Below are positions 61,701 through 64,000 of a stretch of 64,000 nucleotides of DNA, piece by piece (the first letter of the stretch is position 1; each line of letters starts with the position of its first letter). Position numbers and translations under genes: made by a program. The notes beneath the pieces were generated by a model that ran no database searches, was not told the DNA's origin, and saw only the letters and a list, made by a program, of their open reading frames with translations. Source of the stretch: a virus; IMG/VR virus record IMGVR_UViG_3300036985_002432, positions 1 to 64,000 of that record; one strand, written 5' to 3'.

Positions 61701-64000
61701 AATGAAATCAATTGCAATGTTCTTGCATTTTATTGAGATTCAAAAATACATTAAAGGTATTGGTGCAGTTATGCGTCAAGCAAATCCGGATACTAAAATA
61801 TCTAAGACTGTACAACAAATAAAAAAGAGAGATGCAAACTATGAGATTGCATTAGCATCATCAAAGTCTGATGAAGATCTATTAAAAGATTTAAAAGAAA
61901 AATCTATCTTAAGTTCATTCTATCTTAATGATTTATCAATTGATATTATTGAACCATTATTTCCATTAAGATTAAATAAAGATATCTCACAATACATTAG
62001 TGATAGATTAACTTTAAGCAAATCTACAATAGCAAAGAAATTTGGTAAAGGTGCAGATGGACAAGAAAAGTTTAGTAGTCAGTTTAATAATGGAGTTATA
62101 CAGTATATTTTTCAAAATTACATGTCAAACTTTATTAATGCTAATGGAGATGTAGTTACTATACCTGATACCTACAGAAGTATGAAAGTTGTTAAAAGTA
62201 AAAATTTAACAAGAGGTATTGAAATAGTTAATGGTCAGATACTTATAGATGAAAAAACATTAGAAAAAGACTTTAAAGATAAACTATATATAAAAGAAGT
62301 AGAGGATACAAATAATTATGCAGCAAGAGGTTTACAACCTTTTACAATAGCAGATGATCCATTTCCATCACAGTCTTCTTATAATAGATATGTATTTGAA
62401 AGAGAGTTTTTAAGAACTAAATATCCAGAAGTAACAGAATTTTACTTAAATCAAAGAGCATTAACAAATGTATTTAATGCTAAAGCAATTATGGGTACAA
62501 ATGAGTACTCATATACTGATCAAGTAATGAGTATTATTAATTCATTTCCTAAATTAAAAGATAAATTTCCTGTGCTAGCTCAAATAGCACCTGCACCATA
62601 TAAAAATAAAGTTGGAGAAAATATTAAAGTACTTCAACTTAATGATAAGAAGATGGCAGTTGGTGAATTGGCAGAAATATATAATCAAAATCTTAAACAA
62701 CTTGCTGATGTAAATATTAGAAAAGTAAAAGATATAGTTGAGAATCAAAAAATTAGTGATGTATTTAAAGTATTCTCATTAATGATGATACATCAACATG
62801 GTGTTGGATTTAGTAAGTATGGTTTCCCTAAAATATTAGATGAAGCTATATATGTAGATGTAATGAGAAATGCTTCAACTAATTTTATGGCAAATCACAT
62901 TAATGCACCTACTCTAAATACTATATTTAATAAAGTTGTTAGTACTGATCAATTTCAAAACTATGTTGCTGCTCCTGCAGATTATAATAATCCAACAGCC
63001 GGAGTATATAGTAATGACATTACTACAGAAGTAAGAAATGAATTAAATAAATATAAAGATAATAATGAAGTTGGAAAAGTAACTGAATTATTTGCATCAT
63101 TAGAAGATATACATATATTACGTATACCAAAAGATGCAACTAATGGGTTGTATTTAGACAATGCTTATAATGTATATGCACCATTGAGTCCAGGTAACTT
63201 TAAAGAAGCAATTACTATGCTTGAAAGTATGGGAACTGATATAGATGCAATGCCAGATCTATTCTATGATTTTGCAAATGATATAGAAGTTAGTATATCT
63301 GATTTTTATGATATGATTAAACCTCAATTAGAAGGTGATCCTATTATTGAAGAAGTAGAAATAGGTATGACTACTGGTGTACCATTAGGTCTTAAACTTT
63401 CAATAGATAAGAAAGGTAAAGATCAAGGTAAAGCTGATTTAGTTAATGCTGTAATTTCATATCCAAATCCAAACACATCTAGTTATCAATATCTAGTAGA
63501 TGCTATGAACCAAAAAGTTCCGGTAAATGAACAAATTGTAAATGGTCCAGATGTAATAGCTATGGTATCTGTAAATGGTAATGGTAAAGCAACAGAAGAT
63601 CAAATTGAATATACTATATCACATGCACAAGAAATCTTGGATGCAGGTGGTACTATTATAATGGATTCAACTTTTGATGCTACTAGACCATGGAATAAAA
63701 CAGGTGAAGCATTAGTACAAGAAGGTATTGGAAACCCAACAGGTCAAACATCTTTAGGATATAACTATTGGGGACCTAATCCAGAACCTACTACTCAACC
63801 ATCTGCTAGTGTTAAACCTACTGTTAAGGATCTTTCCAGATGGGCTGATATAAAAGATGCTACAACACCTTATACAGATAAAGGTATTGTTGTAACAAGA
63901 GTCGGTACTACAGATAACCAATTTGGAAATCCTTTTATAGGTTCAAAACGTAGAGATAAGCAAGGTAATCTTGTAGAGTCTAAAGTAGATAACATTACTG
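52783..64000 (+). CDS. Giant virion RNA polymerase polyprotein (>3700 aa, truncated by window end) with zincin domain
   Basis: ATG at 52783; no stop seen in the sampled frame and no long + ORF listed here in the track, which implies it runs off the window. In-frame motifs: HEAWH (55423), EADG (59050), ESGSKVG (59368), RIP-x-Q (60238), catalytic DFDVD (60355-60369), as in the phi14:2 gp66 family. Confidence 0.9.
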   Translation, partial: MINCALSTETVEKLYKNIFGHMQDAASKGNAFDVNKYIKHIFNGKADKSRPEIAAKIVQHIPRMVIDITNTDFFEVEDFVDLKVLHKLGQAFMNPNKGIQKIISDYTPTTDNKILKSVAETKLEEAFNIEEFDAEEGEFSERFKPYSSLTSTFQEFLAVDPTSKNITDVEQIDESKKIIYTTLSAIKETMNPQQTVADDLIYEGVSIKVKAIPLSSIPQAELDDYTRNLVVKSKSIKKQGTNLEGVTPTDNMVALVISNANGESLYFDSEGHISSKEEGGKLVYQFLRDARKKGNAYTVTDIYGKEDQILDPYEIAVNTYDKAIDGTFTNYYNSIKVSQQEDFKKIYEFKESVLKDKKGVLIPLLGISDGLPESITGSKLMLNKITSLSGVNRSTFKSIKTIQQSRGIFKKGYASIILNGNEFIVDRADVPSEIALQVSQVLTSKDFTFSERMDFYKQFFSNDLQATTRRHETAGKIENKEFWFNYSDETSQEQKQRNFLENSINLSQESVNNKTVDELAADAAAIYDVLMSGKGAKKRYPAKMNFNSDLLKDERYMTYNVDTNSIEFKDYIDFIKDLKTEISINSGDPGVFNTYMEFALPSKFLSTVDKVKEELKEDTSSDTKKVKDSIVEVLKESGGVIDADVASVKKGFYKVHYANFKVNVPGVTEEAKVYFHNKTALISVGGKTYQDPTWPKEGNLVRLVLKPELTIPSGEIITNVIEVFAVNEDGTQGAYLGSVAETEYNTKNETPKLEDEVEEQEVIASEEKETIPELEDAVILTSPIKPTSKTSRAASLLNQNIAGLDRSTKLSGDVTVEDVENANNWWNSSPLNKYITLDHAANLVNSDAFARFTVAGATLIDSNILGNISIYQKGSMVDVYHEAWHGFSQLYLTQKEKLKLYNDIREYKDKSGNTPYANKSFFEVEEMIAEDFRTYAKDPKTFKAKVPVQKTIFQKILDFLYKLFGGKINTKDVVVGNYPVSVTEMFDALYLASKDPSLLNKYSPSIDNVMWDLLNRGVEKVNDRDIDVLTKQEANLISNSIDSILSDYVDANHDARVSNGKEVTKSGTLVLLSEEKDADGITNRSKAYGYVKAVLEDKLDELNDELGTITDKSFSEIKTIEDLEGESIAVIRSKSGEDKYIFLNSQVENFNNLTPDIKQGERVKGEKYKGSIEIISDFYKHNNIIINDKNVSIIVVNDVRDAKAQFDNYVKGGAKDFVSIEIKEDGPVYTDLTSDQEDLLDNIRILQNTINNWGDEKSGVMKYHADNSRFDLIREKYIDVNYGDEELDEDGNIIDETDVTDGKDSAGIVDKAVGKKSAEQFAGKETLYIVKSLFKITNGKTVDNKLGFKELVDFNKIWGILLREVGGVKNREVAFNKLKEASVTYAPELKQLVEKKLPDPTKIKHTSEFNVSAAFWQDLSLSDIPYTQLTAFPVKEMLINEDTGYPESTITGFTMEVTDASIEPSNVIRGFQATFKTIQPEDNPYITKVDNITMLTKLNALVKNYEDKHNPGSLNIKGSLGFARSIGVYLDNLDEIKNELETNSEYYGLQYIYQIVKDLADIQAKPFGASADAQKVLRDFVIDPLAVLKSKIPKGVIKSLKGVEVYQKNILDRLAGLQAQFGLETKGKGVFNAAGDMVFPFVQDFSVSRKIDALNSVENLTDCWIKDEFKYMRYLNPTISSFTNYSQILKSVFNYETGKIDEGQKDRRNERSLDLSMVSGTQVAEFNEGTNTSDLDKSSKFLQEMHTMLKGGLQEFIRAAGKKTSIGVRVKGGLIKDKGKDSNLYVDVDMFDSEQTGDIYAANKILMPYIASEFERIQKFKNNREEFKKYTGYNRKVGGTKENPIYAGEVFTAFDKVLKEKTKELLLSEATVKGVNETPGGLTIYLRKNTELRQKIESDILEYFNEQTSSNLTNLVNNKYIDKSLIEKTNSPNLTEQEQEYMLVKAFTYNSWIHNFETVNLFIGEMSQFNHDKENLHKRNTGAQSGGRKILTDEWAQNFVNDVLNKKSYGVKLAKTLGEDYNQFFYDGTFNTAILKDVERPSIYLDDIEAGLRKDYALSLKGSGKSKEEIQEIIDNNIKKDRKAYEEMNEADGAGYITIDAYRTLKTLENNWSHKQEALYQDEINGREITSSQIEEFFPVYKLQNYGELANKTLAPVTAMHKFALSPLIPSEVKGSELEHLHKEMMRNNIQYATFESGSKVGNITSNGEPDQIFTDDTQTKLKDKLTLTKNTIYLEYLKNVTEVNNKFKGKITFPTQLRGLILDGLYEQGALAYDKHAALAKTYHDDVANYTELLKIELLDEIQWEEKNGKYTGEFTKLLSLVQKELSKRDMPEHLVKMIGVNDDGSLKTDLSLHLEADTIEKILLSVINKRLIKQKVKGEAFVQVPSSMYNGLWDTKANLKTATEAEKKKYLGSNNLPFYRPGENGNTDAMKIAIAFQGDFINLLNVKFNEEQIGTLERLNEAIKDDNWLNTGDNRKLITLSGARIPIQNLNSLEFAEVYHFMNPSAGNKIVVPSEIVAKSGSDFDVDKLYFMMPHIDGRGNYVKSSKTNTELSKELASLKGKLVTDKTAPNAKGLIGKQKAALENKIIETTAELLAIPENYASLVRPNDTYLLKLIADDIQKYVTEYNRYNVAHGETERVNAKDDTKRAISPSTTLEIGYNLDKHDKNMTAKAALGIDAQDNKQHPIWNSVGAKMPATYKESDFDDVTNTAVEGEDDYDVRLLVRHNTLINKKGQKVISLSHRYDQDNVRIADTRSHKMNGQLDAEADPWVADVQADLETTPVLNYLMNAGVPSKDAIYFVANPLVREYGLQQKLLKSTFSTIINKAVTEENFVQYKAADAVVTKFIPFGIQAQILSQIANIKIDKFLNKLKNNDTVYVNTSFKQPNWKEISVKELKALLNTDSKLYDKIAGLINKSTHSVYKASRSLITNGNYYYAAKIASEMAGIKPGQSFSTEDMISIVEKGAIKENQMKSIAMFLHFIEIQKYIKGIGAVMRQANPDTKISKTVQQIKKRDANYEIALASSKSDEDLLKDLKEKSILSSFYLNDLSIDIIEPLFPLRLNKDISQYISDRLTLSKSTIAKKFGKGADGQEKFSSQFNNGVIQYIFQNYMSNFINANGDVVTIPDTYRSMKVVKSKNLTRGIEIVNGQILIDEKTLEKDFKDKLYIKEVEDTNNYAARGLQPFTIADDPFPSQSSYNRYVFEREFLRTKYPEVTEFYLNQRALTNVFNAKAIMGTNEYSYTDQVMSIINSFPKLKDKFPVLAQIAPAPYKNKVGENIKVLQLNDKKMAVGELAEIYNQNLKQLADVNIRKVKDIVENQKISDVFKVFSLMMIHQHGVGFSKYGFPKILDEAIYVDVMRNASTNFMANHINAPTLNTIFNKVVSTDQFQNYVAAPADYNNPTAGVYSNDITTEVRNELNKYKDNNEVGKVTELFASLEDIHILRIPKDATNGLYLDNAYNVYAPLSPGNFKEAITMLESMGTDIDAMPDLFYDFANDIEVSISDFYDMIKPQLEGDPIIEEVEIGMTTGVPLGLKLSIDKKGKDQGKADLVNAVISYPNPNTSSYQYLVDAMNQKVPVNEQIVNGPDVIAMVSVNGNGKATEDQIEYTISHAQEILDAGGTIIMDSTFDATRPWNKTGEALVQEGIGNPTGQTSLGYNYWGPNPEPTTQPSASVKPTVKDLSRWADIKDATTPYTDKGIVVTRVGTTDNQFGNPFIGSKRRDKQGNLVESKVDNIT

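Noticed and set aside
1-64000. Stop-codon reassignment, as in some crAss-like phages
   Set aside because: Genes are intact and tightly packed under the standard code; TAG (2287, 9427, 25220) and TGA (239, 1901) act as real stops
52773-64000. Apparent 11-kb non-coding region in the ORF track
   Set aside because: Artefact: a single open frame runs off the window end
1-64000. tRNA/rRNA genes and diversity-generating retroelement
   Set aside because: Spacers are short with no cloverleaf seen; no reverse transcriptase or template/variable repeat pair seen

Overview
AT-rich, densely coded window from a crAss-like (Crassvirales-type) podovirus that most likely infects a Bacteroidota host. The host call rests on a canonical TTTG-N19-TAnnTTTG promoter and A-rich leaders lacking Shine-Dalgarno sequences. 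All credible genes are on the + strand and use the standard code. Gene order: lysis genes (holin-like, TIGR02594/NlpC-P60); small DNA-binding and nuclease genes; terminase large subunit; portal; acidic scaffold-like protein; major capsid protein; a cluster of Lys-rich small proteins; ring, Dps-like and auxiliary capsid genes; a very Cys-rich fibre cluster; an inserted exonuclease; tail ring and hub genes; large cargo/ejection proteins; a free-standing GIY-YIG endonuclease. The window ends inside a giant ORF of more than 3700 aa (52783 to window end, absent from the ORF track) encoding a virion RNA polymerase (DFDVD) with a zincin domain. Most interesting observations: (1) an intergenic hairpin whose 11-nt loop is complementary to an AACCAACA motif at the start of four genes (candidate phage sRNA regulon); (2) a recurring Phi-x-x-GG / LPKAQxG linker separating modules in seven putative head-cargo proteins (candidate polyprotein processing or packaging code); (3) a GIY-YIG gene that appears to have captured the start of its target gene and left a recoded duplicate start; (4) a shared 17-bp palindromic operator and a variant TATATT(A/T)A promoter class; (5) strong TCG/CGA avoidance with GC-rich patches at conserved sites. 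Family names come from motif recognition only; no searches were run.
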